From an uncultured Clostridium sp. (lineage in GTDB: Bacteria > Bacillota > Clostridia > Oscillospirales > Acutalibacteraceae): DNA of 64,000 nucleotides. The stretch is taken from NCBI GenBank assembly GCA_958422185.1, contig CATZNW010000002.1:53468-117467 (forward strand). Reading direction: 5' to 3'. Of the stretch, positions 29,487 to 38,623 are shown one piece after another; the first letter of the stretch is position 1, and each line of letters opens with the position of its first letter. The position numbers were made by a program, and so were the translations under genes. The notes beneath the pieces were generated by a model. The model was not told where the DNA came from. It searched no databases and worked only from the letters and a program-made list of their open reading frames with translations.

Positions 29487-30073
29487 TTTCGGAAAATACC
29501 CCGAGGATCGAGACGGCGGATCTGATCCTGCGCAGATTTACGGAAAATGACCTGCACGCCGTGCTCCGTATCTTCGGCGACGTTGAAACAAATACCTTTC
29601 TGCCCTGGTTTCCCGTTGAGGATATCGGTGCGGCGCAGGCTTTTTATAACAGGCGCTATGCCGCAAAATACCGAGAAAAACAGGCTTACGCCTACGCCGT
29701 CTGCCTGAAAAAAGAAAATATCCCCATAGGATATGTTAACCTTGGCACCTCCGGCGCGTTTGACCTCGGCTACGGTCTGCTGCCGCAGTTCAGAGGCAGG
29801 GGAATCATCACGTCCGCCTGCTCCGCGGTGATACAAAGGGCAAAACGAAACGGAGCGGCGTTTATAACCGCCACGCACGATATCAGCAATCCCCGGAGCG
29901 GTGAAGTCATGCGCAGGCTGGGTATGCGATACTGCTATTCTTACCGGGAACAGTGGCAGCCGAAAAACAGATCCGTGATCTTCAGAATGTATCAGCTTGA
30001 CCTGCAAAAGGACTGCCCTGTTTACGAGGAATACAAAAAGACTTCACCCGAATGGTTTGTTGAAAAAATATAA
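29483..30073 (+). CDS. GNAT family N-acetyltransferase (RimJ/RimL-like)
   Basis: TADLILRRFTENDL.. and LLPQFRGRGIITSA acetyl-CoA motif. Confidence 0.8.
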   Translation: MISENTPRIETADLILRRFTENDLHAVLRIFGDVETNTFLPWFPVEDIGAAQAFYNRRYAAKYREKQAYAYAVCLKKENIPIGYVNLGTSGAFDLGYGLLPQFRGRGIITSACSAVIQRAKRNGAAFITATHDISNPRSGEVMRRLGMRYCYSYREQWQPKNRSVIFRMYQLDLQKDCPVYEEYKKTSPEWFVEKI

Positions 30074-30092
30074 GAATACAGGTGTTTTGCAT

Positions 30093-30767
30093 ATGAGAAT
30101 GAGAAGAAAGAAAAATCTGGAATCACGCCTTCAGGAATGCAGCCGTTACCTGCTGCCGTGCGATACGGCGGATCTGAATTTTGAGAATGACCGGGAAAAT
30201 ACGGCCCTTTATGATTTAGATAAGATCTTTGGCAGGCGCGCGCCGCTCGTGCTGGAGATCGGCTGCGGCAAAGGCGCGTTTGCCTGCGAATATGCAAAGC
30301 GAAATCCGGATAAGAATATAATAGCCGTTGAGAAAGTGGGCAACGTTATCGTTGCCGCCGCGGAGCGCGCAATGCAGGAACATATACCCAACCTGCGGTT
30401 TATGAAATGCGCCGCCGAATACCTGCCCAGATTTATTCCGGCAGGCAGCGTGAGCGGGATATACCTTAATTTCAGCTGCCCGTTTCCGAAAGCGAAATAC
30501 GCAAAACACCGCCTGACCCATCCTCGCTTTTTGGATATCTATAAACAGCTTATGGCTGAAAACGCAGTCATCTGCCAGAAAACGGATAATCCGCGCTTTT
30601 TTGAGTTTTCAATAGAAAATCTTTCGCAGGCAGGCTTCTTTCTTTCCAATATAAGCCTGGATCTGCATGCAAGCGGTTATGAGGGCAATATCGTAACGGA
30701 ATATGAAGAGCGCTTTGCTGCTCAGGGGCTGCCTATATACCGCTTGGAGGCACGGCTGAAAGGATAG
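30093..30767 (+). CDS. trmB: tRNA (guanine46-N7)-methyltransferase
   Basis: MRMRRKKNLESRL.., LEIGCGKGAF SAM motif, ..FSCPFPKAKYAKHRL... The internal ATG was chosen because the upstream part of the ORF overlaps the GNAT gene. Confidence 0.92.
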   Translation: MRMRRKKNLESRLQECSRYLLPCDTADLNFENDRENTALYDLDKIFGRRAPLVLEIGCGKGAFACEYAKRNPDKNIIAVEKVGNVIVAAAERAMQEHIPNLRFMKCAAEYLPRFIPAGSVSGIYLNFSCPFPKAKYAKHRLTHPRFLDIYKQLMAENAVICQKTDNPRFFEFSIENLSQAGFFLSNISLDLHASGYEGNIVTEYEERFAAQGLPIYRLEARLKG

Positions 30768-30777
30768 AAAGGTTTAT

Positions 30778-31266
30778 ATGACCAGAAATTTGAAATTCTT
30801 TTTCGGTGTGATATCTGCGTTTTATGTGCTGGCGCTGATCTATATACTGTTCTTCAGAGGGCGCGGAAATGTTTATATGCAGCAAATGCCGCTTTCCGAG
30901 TATATGACATATGCTGTAAATCTTGTGCCGTTTGAGACCATTAAGGGATTTTGGAATGCCCTGAAAAACCATACGATAAACACGGATATCGCAGTATTCA
31001 ATATCTTTGGAAATATTGCGCTGTTTGTGCCGTTCGGTTTTCTTCTGCCCGTTGCTGCAAAACGGCTGCGCGCGCTCTGGAAATGTGCCGCCGTCACGTT
31101 TTTTGCCGTTCTTACGGCGGAAATACTGCAGCTGTTGCTCAAAGTGGGCAGCTTTGATATTGACGATATTATCCTGAATATGCTGGGCGCCGTAACGGGC
31201 TATGCCGTTTTCAGAATCGCTTTTATAGTTTATAAAAAAACGCTGAAACCGCGTAATGTAAAGTAA
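30778..31266 (+). CDS. VanZ family membrane protein
   Basis: NLVPFETI..NIFGNIALFVPFGFLLP..DIDDIILNMLGAVTGY. Confidence 0.85.
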   Translation: MTRNLKFFFGVISAFYVLALIYILFFRGRGNVYMQQMPLSEYMTYAVNLVPFETIKGFWNALKNHTINTDIAVFNIFGNIALFVPFGFLLPVAAKRLRALWKCAAVTFFAVLTAEILQLLLKVGSFDIDDIILNMLGAVTGYAVFRIAFIVYKKTLKPRNVK

Positions 31267-31368
31267 AAACTGCAAGATGTAAACCGCTGTGTAAAGCTGA
31301 GTTTATGGAACAGCGGGCCTCTTTCGTGTTAAATATAGCTGTAGGTAAAACACGAAAGGAGAAGAGGT

Positions 31369-31428
31369 ATGAAATATATAAAAGCCCTTGCGGTGCTGAT
31401 CTTTTACCCGTATTATGCAAAGAAATAA
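31369..31428 (+). CDS. Candidate 19-aa hydrophobic peptide (MKYIKALAVLIFYPYYAKK)
   Basis: AAAGGAG lies 7 nt before the ATG. A 10-bp stem (31321-31330 / 31349-31358) overlaps the SD. Terminator AGACTCC-cgccaa-GGAGTCT plus TTTT spans 31441-31464. Confidence 0.35.
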   Translation: MKYIKALAVLIFYPYYAKK

Positions 31429-31592
31429 AAAAGATAAAAAAGACTCCCGCCAAGGAGTCTTTTTATTATGCATATTTAATACTTAAATAGATATATAAAT
31501 GAAATAATTTAATTTTTAAAAGAGGTATTTACATAGAATATTATTAATGATATAATAAAAACAAGGATCATGGATGAAAGGAGGCGTTTAAA

Positions 31593-31976
31593 ATGCAAAA
31601 TCAGGATAATCTTAAAAAGGGTACTGCCGAAATGCTTATTCTGCACATGCTCCATAAAGAGGATCTGTATGGTTATCAGATAACCCAGGCGTTCAAAGAA
31701 AAAAGTGACGGCAAATATTTCATTCTTGAAGGCTCGCTGTATAATATCCTGTTCCGCCTCAGCGAAAACGGATATATCAGCGGTTATATCAAACAGGTTG
31801 GAGTTAAGCGCAAAAGAAGATATTATCATCTGGAAGAAAAGGGCAGACTCTATTATCTGCAGCTTTTAAACGACTATGATAAAGTGTGTGAAACGGTAAG
31901 CAGGATCCTGGACAGGGATAGTGACGCTGATATGTATGCGCAAAGGCTTAAAGAAAGAAATCAGGATATATCTTAG
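31593..31976 (+). CDS. PadR family transcriptional regulator
   Basis: GTAEMLILHMLHKEDLYGYQITQAFKEKSDGKYFILEGSLYNILFRLSENGYISG. A promoter (TTTACA, 17 nt, TATAAT) lies just upstream. Confidence 0.9.
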   Translation: MQNQDNLKKGTAEMLILHMLHKEDLYGYQITQAFKEKSDGKYFILEGSLYNILFRLSENGYISGYIKQVGVKRKRRYYHLEEKGRLYYLQLLNDYDKVCETVSRILDRDSDADMYAQRLKERNQDIS

Positions 31977-32331
31977 CGATATAAAATACCTGATGCCGGG
32001 AGACAGCGGCACAAAAAGAAAATATCTCAGCGGCTTAAAGGAAGAAATACTGGATTTCGCCTCTGAGAACGAAGATGCGTCCATTGCCGATATAACAGAG
32101 CACTTTGGCGAAAAGGAAACGGTTGCCAGGTTATATATGGACACTCTGGACGTAAAAACGGTTAAAAGGAAGCTCAATATCAAAAGAGCTGTCACTGCGG
32201 GTTTACTTATTGCTATTATTATTTGGGGTGTTTTGGCGTCAATCGGCGCTGCAGTTTCAAGAACAGAAGAAAAGAATTGGTATGTTGTTTTACAACAATC
32301 CGGAGAGGAAGTACAAAGTGAAATTTATTAA
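31936..32331 (+). CDS. PadR-associated single-pass membrane protein (DUF1700-like layout); start uncertain
   Basis: LKKEIRIYLSDI..LSGLKEEILDFASENEDASIADITEHFGEKETVA, then a TM helix (AVTAGLLIAIIIWGVLASIGAAV). Overlaps the end of the PadR gene. Confidence 0.55.
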   Translation: MRKGLKKEIRIYLSDIKYLMPGDSGTKRKYLSGLKEEILDFASENEDASIADITEHFGEKETVARLYMDTLDVKTVKRKLNIKRAVTAGLLIAIIIWGVLASIGAAVSRTEEKNWYVVLQQSGEEVQSEIY

Positions 32332-32788
32332 AACATTTTCAGTAATATTTTTGTCCTTAATTCTTTGCGCTTTTGCTCCCTTTAATGCTCTTGCGCAAAA
32401 CATCGACACAACTGATACGGACATTCAGTATTTTGATGATGGTAGTTATCTTATAACAGAGAGTGAAAACAGTATAAATCTTTTTAGTTCTGGTACCAAA
32501 AGACATACAAAAACCGCCACATATTATAACGGAAATGATGAAAGACAATGGAGTGCCACTCTGACAGCGGTATTTTCATACACTGGTAGTTCAGTAACAT
32601 GTACAAGCGCCTCTACTTCATATACGATTTATGATAGTGCATGGAAAATGAAAGAGGCGACTGCCTCGAAATCTGGAGGGACTGCTACGGGCGAATTTAT
32701 AGCAAAAAAATACTGGCTGGGAATCATTACAAAAACTATTCCAATGAAGATAATTACTATTTGTGATAATAACGGCAATATAACCTGA
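32318..32788 (+). CDS. Small secreted protein of unknown function
   Basis: The GTG at 32318 is 9 nt after GGAGAGGA. Signal peptide: KFIKTFSVIFLSLILCAFAPFNALAQ. No recognisable domain. Confidence 0.6.
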   Translation: MKFIKTFSVIFLSLILCAFAPFNALAQNIDTTDTDIQYFDDGSYLITESENSINLFSSGTKRHTKTATYYNGNDERQWSATLTAVFSYTGSSVTCTSASTSYTIYDSAWKMKEATASKSGGTATGEFIAKKYWLGIITKTIPMKIITICDNNGNIT

Positions 32789-32837
32789 GTGCCGGAAAAT
32801 GCTTATGTTTCACACCAAAGGCTCCCGAAAGGGAGCC

Positions 32838-33017
32838 TTTCAGCGTGTAGAAAAAGGCATGATTCAAGAAAAGATCGCAATCCTACACGCTGGGCAGACT
32901 GCGAGAAATCGAGATAAATTTTGTTTTCTTGCGAGCGGGAGCCGTACAAAGGTACTGCCTCCGAGCAAAAAACAAAAAGCGCAAATGCCGCTCAAACCTT
33001 TGGTTTAAGCGGCATTT
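32838..33017 (+). repeat. Copy 2 of the three-copy structured intergenic element
   Basis: Same 10-bp stem (32841-32850 / 32883-32892) and the same core as copy 1. The terminal hairpin AAATGCCGCT..AGCGGCATTT (32983-33017) carries compensatory changes relative to copy 1. Confidence 0.85.
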
Positions 33018-33191
33018 AATCTTTATGAAACATTTTTTGGCACAGACCATGCGAACATCGGTCTCAACAAAAGTTTTTTGATAATCTTAAAATAAATTTA
33101 TGTTTTTATATCCATTTTTATCAATGCGCGTTTTATCCGACATTATCGACAGTCTGAAAGGCTCCCTTTAGGGAGCCTTTTTTATATCGCC

Positions 33192-34115
33192 TCAGCCGAA
33201 AATCCCCGTTGAAAGGTAACGGTCGCCGGTATCCGGCAGCAGAACGATTATATTTTTGCCTGAAAATTCCGCGCGCTTTGAGATCTCAACAGCAGCCCAC
33301 GCCGCGCAGCCGCTTGAAATGCCTACCAGTATTCCCTGCGTTTTGGCGATCTTGTTTGCAAAATCATATGCCGCCTCGTTCGTGCAGGTAAGCACTTCGT
33401 CGATAATGCCGGTGTTCAGCGTTTTCGGAACGAAACCGGCGCCGATGCCCTGTATCTTATGCGCTCCGCCGTGTCCTTCCGTCAAAACCGGCGAGGACGC
33501 CGGCTCCACGCCGATAATCTTTATATCCGGATTCTGCTCTTTCAGGTATTTTCCAACGCCGCTTATCGTGCCGCCGGTTCCGATTCCGGCAACAAAGGCG
33601 TCGATCCCGCCGTTTGTGTCGCGCCAGATCTCCGGCCCCGTTGTTTCATAATGCGCCTGCGGATTTGCCGGATTTTCAAACTGGCCGGGAATAACCGCGC
33701 CGTAAATGCTTTTTTTCAGTTCGTTTGCCTTTTCAATGGCGCCGCTCATGCCCTTTGCGCCGTCAGTCAGCACCACCTCGGCGCCGAAAGCCGCAACAAG
33801 CTGCCTACGCTCAACGCTCATGGTCTCCGGCATCGTAAGGATAACTTTGTATCCGCGCGCCGTACCCACCGCCGCAAGACCTATGCCGGTGTTGCCGGAC
33901 GTAGGCTCAATAATGGTTGCGCCGGGTTTTAAAGCGCCGCTTTTTTCCATTTCAGTTATCATCTTATAAGCAACTCTGTCTTTTACCGAGCCGGCAGGAT
34001 TGAAATATTCCAGTTTCGCAAGGATATTTGCTCCTGCGCCCGTTTCCTTTGCCAGTGCTTCCAGGCGTATCATGGGCGTGCCGCCTATCAGTTCGGTCAT
34101 ATCTTGATATACCAT
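33192..34115 (-). CDS. cysK: Cysteine synthase A (O-acetylserine sulfhydrylase)
   Basis: LIGGTPMIRL..NPAGSVKDR PLP-lysine motif..EPTSGNTGIGLA..GTGGTISG. Confidence 0.95.
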   Translation of the reverse strand: MVYQDMTELIGGTPMIRLEALAKETGAGANILAKLEYFNPAGSVKDRVAYKMITEMEKSGALKPGATIIEPTSGNTGIGLAAVGTARGYKVILTMPETMSVERRQLVAAFGAEVVLTDGAKGMSGAIEKANELKKSIYGAVIPGQFENPANPQAHYETTGPEIWRDTNGGIDAFVAGIGTGGTISGVGKYLKEQNPDIKIIGVEPASSPVLTEGHGGAHKIQGIGAGFVPKTLNTGIIDEVLTCTNEAAYDFANKIAKTQGILVGISSGCAAWAAVEISKRAEFSGKNIIVLLPDTGDRYLSTGIFG

Positions 34116-34208
34116 TTATATTACCACCGTTTCGTTTAAAAGTATTATGCCCGCTGCCAGCGGTGTGCTTTAATATATTTTAACCTGAATTGCCGCTTTT
34201 ATTGCGTA

Positions 34209-34538
34209 TCATTGTTTCGGCACTGCCGTGAAAAGCACAAGATCTTCATTTCCCGTATTTATGATACTGTGGCTGCTGCCCTTGGGGCAGTAGTGGCATA
34301 CGCCGGGCGTGAGGATCTCCTCTTCGCCGTTGCAGACCGCCTTGCCGCTGCCGCTTAAAACATAGTTTATATCGCTGCCCTCTGTATGGGCGTGCGTGCC
34401 TATGGACGAGCCTTTCGGAAGGCGGCTTATCATTATCCTGTTATTGCCGTCAAAAAACATTTTTGATATAACTTCTCCGGCACCGCCGTTAAGGTTTTGT
34501 ATGGCAACATCTTTCGTTTTTTCAAAATCTATAAGCAT
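34209..34538 (-). CDS. Cupin domain protein
   Basis: GSSIGTHAHTEGSDINYVLSG..CHYCPKGSSHSIIN cupin motifs. Confidence 0.8.
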   Translation of the reverse strand: MLIDFEKTKDVAIQNLNGGAGEVISKMFFDGNNRIMISRLPKGSSIGTHAHTEGSDINYVLSGSGKAVCNGEEEILTPGVCHYCPKGSSHSIINTGNEDLVLFTAVPKQ

Positions 34539-34573
34539 AAGCTTTACTCCTGTTTTTGATTTAAATATCCATG

Positions 34574-35299
34574 TTATTCAAGATTGCCGGTCAGCAGCAT
34601 TATTGCGGTCAGCGCCGCAACCGGCGCGGTCTGCGTTCTTAAGATACGCTTGCCCAGTGTTGCCTGAACTGCTCCGTTTTCTTTTAAAAATTCAACCTCG
34701 TCTTTTTCAAATCCACCCTCCGGGCCTATAAATATCGCGGCGCTTTTGGCGCCTTTTTTTATTATATGCGTAAGCGGCAGGCCGCCGCCCTCGTAAAATA
34801 CGATCTTTAAATCGGCGCGGCATTCATTAACGGCAGTTTTAAGATCTGTCATTTTTTTTACTTCGGGCACAATCCCGCGCCCACTCTGCTGCGCCGCCTC
34901 AAGCGCGATCTTGTTGTATCTCTGCCGCTTTTTCTCCGCCTGCTTTTCCTGCGGGCGGCTGACGCACCTCTTGGTCAGAACAGGAATGATCTCGCAAACG
35001 CCAAGCTCGGTGCATTTCTGAATAACGTCCTCCAGCTTATCGCCTTTAGGCACAGCCTGATAGACCGAAACTTTAATGTCCGGCTCGCTGTCCGACGCCT
35101 GCTTGTAACAGACGGAAAGCACAACGCCGTCTTTGGAAATATCGTCTATCATACAGCCGTAATCATTGCCGTCGCCCGTGCAGACGGTGATCATATCGCC
35201 CTTTTTCATTCTCAGGCTGCGAGCAAGGTGACGGCTCTGCTCTTCATCAAGATAGATCTTATCCGAACGGCCGTCATAATCAGTAAAAAGTTTCTGCAT
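34574..35299 (-). CDS. rsmE: 16S rRNA (uracil1498-N3)-methyltransferase RsmE
   Basis: HL.RSLRMKKGD.., C-terminal IGPEGGF..E...L......LG.RILRTQTA. Confidence 0.9.
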   Translation of the reverse strand: MQKLFTDYDGRSDKIYLDEEQSRHLARSLRMKKGDMITVCTGDGNDYGCMIDDISKDGVVLSVCYKQASDSEPDIKVSVYQAVPKGDKLEDVIQKCTELGVCEIIPVLTKRCVSRPQEKQAEKKRQRYNKIALEAAQQSGRGIVPEVKKMTDLKTAVNECRADLKIVFYEGGGLPLTHIIKKGAKSAAIFIGPEGGFEKDEVEFLKENGAVQATLGKRILRTQTAPVAALTAIMLLTGNLE

Positions 35300-35311
35300 G
35301 GATTCACCGCC

Positions 35312-36130
35312 TTATAAATGGTTGCGCGCCCAGTGAAAAAGATACTGCTGCGCTATGCCCTCATAGCCGTTAAAGCATTCGGGCAGTCCGTCCGGGTAGT
35401 ATGGAAGCACCCGTTTCATCCAAACGTCAACGGGGAAACAGCGTATAAACTGAAAGCCGAAAAGCAGCGCGCAGTTTGCTACTTTCTCTCCGACGCCGTA
35501 GATAGAAAGCAGCGCCTTTTTCGCACCGTCAAGATCCATTGCCTTTATCGCGGCCAGATCTGTCTTTCCGCTTTCAATATCGTCCGCAAGCTTTTTAACG
35601 TATTTGGCGCGGTAACCCATGCCCACCGCCTCAAGATCCGCAACGGAAATCGCATGCAGCGTTTTACTACTCGGAAACGCATGCCACCCGGGGCGGATCT
35701 CGTCTCCGTATGTATTGCAAAGCCGCTTTATTATGCCTTTTATGCGCTTAATGTTGTTCTGCTGGCTTATAACAAAGGAAACAAGCGCCTCCCACGGTTC
35801 CTGATTCAGTATTCTTATGCCGTAATATTCGTCAATCGTTTCCCGCACAAGCGGATCCTCTTTCAGCTTTTCGCATATGGCGGCATAATCCCGGTCAAGG
35901 TCAAAATAATTGCGCCACACGTTTTGAAAGTCTTCCGCAGAGGCGCCTTTTAAGATGAACATTCCGTTATCCTCTTTGATGTTAAGATATTTTCCGTATG
36001 CTACGCCGCTCCAAGAGCCGTCTTCCTGTTTTTCCCAGCGAAAGGCTTCGCCGCAGTCAAGGGTAAGCGGCAGATTCAGACATTTAATATCTTTTAAAAT
36101 GATACCGTTTTTGCTCTCCTCAATTATCAT
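35312..36130 (-). CDS. HhH-GPD family DNA glycosylase (8-oxoguanine DNA glycosylase / AlkA-like)
   Basis: N-terminal OGG-like domain (CGEAFRW) and HhH-GPD region LLSIYGVGEKVANCALLFG..FPVDVW. Confidence 0.85.
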   Translation of the reverse strand: MIIEESKNGIILKDIKCLNLPLTLDCGEAFRWEKQEDGSWSGVAYGKYLNIKEDNGMFILKGASAEDFQNVWRNYFDLDRDYAAICEKLKEDPLVRETIDEYYGIRILNQEPWEALVSFVISQQNNIKRIKGIIKRLCNTYGDEIRPGWHAFPSSKTLHAISVADLEAVGMGYRAKYVKKLADDIESGKTDLAAIKAMDLDGAKKALLSIYGVGEKVANCALLFGFQFIRCFPVDVWMKRVLPYYPDGLPECFNGYEGIAQQYLFHWARNHL

Positions 36131-36537
36131 GATCTGTATAATTTCTCCCTGCTTTGTTCACCAGAATTATATCATATTATACATGTTTTAGGAATATCAA
36201 AATCAGCAAATTCACTAAAAAATTCTGTAATAATTTGTAACTTTACAAAATGTTGAAAACTCTGTGTAAACTATTGAAAACTGCCCTTATTTTGCTTAAA
36301 TTTAACTTTTCAACAGCAAAATAACACCTAAACAAGCCGTTTTTGGCCATACTTTTTAACATTTTCAACATCGTTTTAAACATTTTTATCATGTAAAACC
36401 GTGTATACTTCTTGTTATCAAAAAGCCTTGTCAAGCATTATTTTATTGCATTTTTAACCAAAAATCAATATTCGCAAAATTGTATAAATTCAGGTAAAAG
36501 ATCCAACACTATCTGTATAAAAAATGAAAGGACAAGA

Positions 36538-36807
36538 ATGATGATTAAAGGCGTTAATAAACAGGTGCTGGAAGTTACAAACACCGAAAATCCTTACTTT
36601 GAAAAGATCGTTTTTTTTGTTAAGCCGGAATATGTAAACGGCGACGGGGAAAAATTAAAAAAAGAAGCGCGCCTTTTGGCAAAAACAGCCGGGAAACCTC
36701 CGCGCGCAAGAAAAACAAAGCGCGAGATCCGCTATATCTGTATTCAGAGCGCGCTTTGCGTGGGCGCTGGAATAGCGATCACGTTTCTTTTAAATTACTT
36801 TACCTGA
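36538..36807 (+). CDS. Small C-terminally membrane-anchored protein, unknown function
   Basis: The ATG follows AAAGGA. Sequence MMIKGVNKQVLEVTNTENPYFEKIVFFVKPEY.., then a basic stretch, then a TM helix. Lies adjacent to sleB. Confidence 0.5.
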   Translation: MMIKGVNKQVLEVTNTENPYFEKIVFFVKPEYVNGDGEKLKKEARLLAKTAGKPPRARKTKREIRYICIQSALCVGAGIAITFLLNYFT

Positions 36808-36869
36808 CAGGCGATCTGATCTCCCCGAAAAGGCGGAATATAGCTTAGAATGAAAGGAAATGTTTTAAA

Positions 36870-37583
36870 ATGACGGTATATAAGGCTTTCAGAAACTTTT
36901 ATATCTTTCTTATTTCTGTTGCCGTTGCGCTCGGCGCCGTGGGCGGCGGTTATCTTGCATATGAACTGTGCTATCCGAACGGCGGCGACGCGGCTTATGT
37001 TTTATCCAAATACGGGTCAACGGGAAACGAGGTAAAAACGCTTCAGCAAAAGCTTAAGGATCTTGGCTTTTATAACGGCAGTGTGGACGGTGTTTTCGGT
37101 TCGCAGACCCAGTCGGCCGTCCGCAGCTTTCAGCGCAGCGTCGGAATCACGGCGGACGGTATTGCGGGCCCTACCACGCTGCTCTATCTTGGGCTGGATA
37201 CCGGCTCAAGCAGCCCCTCTACCCAGTATTCAAGCTCTGATGTTCAGCTGCTTGCAAAAGTTATCTCGGCTGAGGCAAGGGGAGAGAGCTATGAAGGTCA
37301 GGTGGCAGTCGGCGCCGTAGTGCTGAACCGTGTTGCGCACCCTTCTTTTCCGGACAGCATCAGCGGTGTGGTCTATCAGGCAGGCGCGTTCTCATGCGTT
37401 TATGACAGCAACTGGAACGAGCCGGTTGCCGAGTCGTCAAAGCGCGCGGCTATCGACGCCATAAACGGCTGGGATCCTACGGGCGGCGCGGTGTTCTATT
37501 TCAATCCAGATAAAACAAATGATCAGTTTATGCACTCGCGTCCCGTTATCACGATCATAGGCAATCACAGGTTCTGCAGCTGA
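36870..37583 (+). CDS. sleB: Spore cortex-lytic enzyme SleB-type (PG-binding domain plus Hydrolase_2)
   Basis: PG_binding_1 [37 protein letters not shown]; hydrolase [29 protein letters not shown]. Confidence 0.88.
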   Translation: MTVYKAFRNFYIFLISVAVALGAVGGGYLAYELCYPNGGDAAYVLSKYGSTGNEVKTLQQKLKDLGFYNGSVDGVFGSQTQSAVRSFQRSVGITADGIAGPTTLLYLGLDTGSSSPSTQYSSSDVQLLAKVISAEARGESYEGQVAVGAVVLNRVAHPSFPDSISGVVYQAGAFSCVYDSNWNEPVAESSKRAAIDAINGWDPTGGAVFYFNPDKTNDQFMHSRPVITIIGNHRFCS

Positions 37584-37641
37584 CGCAGAATGTATAAAAT
37601 AGTTTGAAATAAAGCGGGAACTTGCAAAATGCGGTTCCCGT

Positions 37642-38514
37642 TTAATTGCTTTTTTTCCACAGAGCGCAAAAATCCTTTATCGCGGGGGATAAGAATTTGC
37701 TTTTATGGCGGATGATATTAAGGCTCCTATTTATAACAGGACTCAATGGTATCTCACGGAGGGTGCCGTTTTTAATACGCTCCCCGGCAAGCATATAGGG
37801 CAGTATAGAGATTCCTATCCCTTTTTCCGCCGCATTTAAAAGCGCCTGTGTGCCGGTGCTTTCCACAACGGGCGATATGCTCAGCCCCGCAACGGCAAAA
37901 TAAGCGTCTGTAATCTCACGCACAGCGCTGCCTTTTTCACGGGTCAAAAAAGGTTCTTCGGCAAGTTCGCCCGGTGTTACGCTCGGCGCTGACGTAAGCG
38001 GATGATCCGGCGCGGCAACCGCGCAAAGTCTGTCCGCCCCGAAAGGCTCGGCGATGATTTCCGGGCTCAGCGGCTGCTTCTCCGTAAATCCAAGATCAAT
38101 TTCATTCGCCAGCACTTTTCTCTCTATCTCGTCTGAATTTCCTATGATCGCTTTAACGGTGATTTCCGGTCTGATTTTTTTATATCTGTTTATAATGTCC
38201 GGCAAAAGCTTGGTCCCCGTGGTTATGCTTGCGCCTATTCTGATCTCGCCGAGCGCGTCCGGATTTTTAACGCTTCTGTTCGCCTCGTCAAACAGGCCGC
38301 ATATCTTAAGCGCGTAATCGTAAAGCCGTTTGCCGTTTTGAGTGGGGCAGATCTTTCTGCCGATCCTGTCAAACAGCTTTGTTCCGTAAAAATCCTCCAG
38401 TTCCTTTACGGCAAGGCTTACGGACGGCTGCGCTATCCTCAGTTCCTGCGCGGCCTTTGTTATTCCTCCGTTCTGAAATACGCTTACAAATATCTTTATG
38501 TGCCGGAGCGTCAT
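37642..38514 (-). CDS. LysR family transcriptional regulator
   Basis: MTLRHIKIFVSVFQNGGITKAAQELRIAQPSVSLAVKELE; divergent from the chrA genes. Confidence 0.9.
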   Translation of the reverse strand: MTLRHIKIFVSVFQNGGITKAAQELRIAQPSVSLAVKELEDFYGTKLFDRIGRKICPTQNGKRLYDYALKICGLFDEANRSVKNPDALGEIRIGASITTGTKLLPDIINRYKKIRPEITVKAIIGNSDEIERKVLANEIDLGFTEKQPLSPEIIAEPFGADRLCAVAAPDHPLTSAPSVTPGELAEEPFLTREKGSAVREITDAYFAVAGLSISPVVESTGTQALLNAAEKGIGISILPYMLAGERIKNGTLREIPLSPVINRSLNIIRHKSKFLSPAIKDFCALWKKSN

Positions 38515-38623
38515 CTTCATCACCTTTATATAATAAAATCATTATGTAAATTATATAATAATACTATTTTACTTATATTTCAAGAGGGCGTATAATATAT
38601 CCGCAAAGAAAGGAAGTGTCCTC

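Noticed and set aside
31921-32331. Treating the PadR, membrane protein and secreted protein trio as a novel signalling or defence system.
   Set aside because: A PadR regulator followed by a DUF1700-like membrane protein is a common generic arrangement. The third protein has no recognisable domain. Nothing in the sequence supports more than 'unknown function'.
32799-33008. ORF-track entries crossing the repeated element (32799-33008 +, 56903-57175 +, 5135-5386 -, 5180-5431 +) as possible small proteins encoded by the repeat.
   Set aside because: Alignment of the three copies shows indels that shift the frame. Copy 2 lacks the ATG present in copies 1 and 3 on the reverse strand, and no RBS is present. 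Conservation is at the nucleotide and structure level, not at the protein level.
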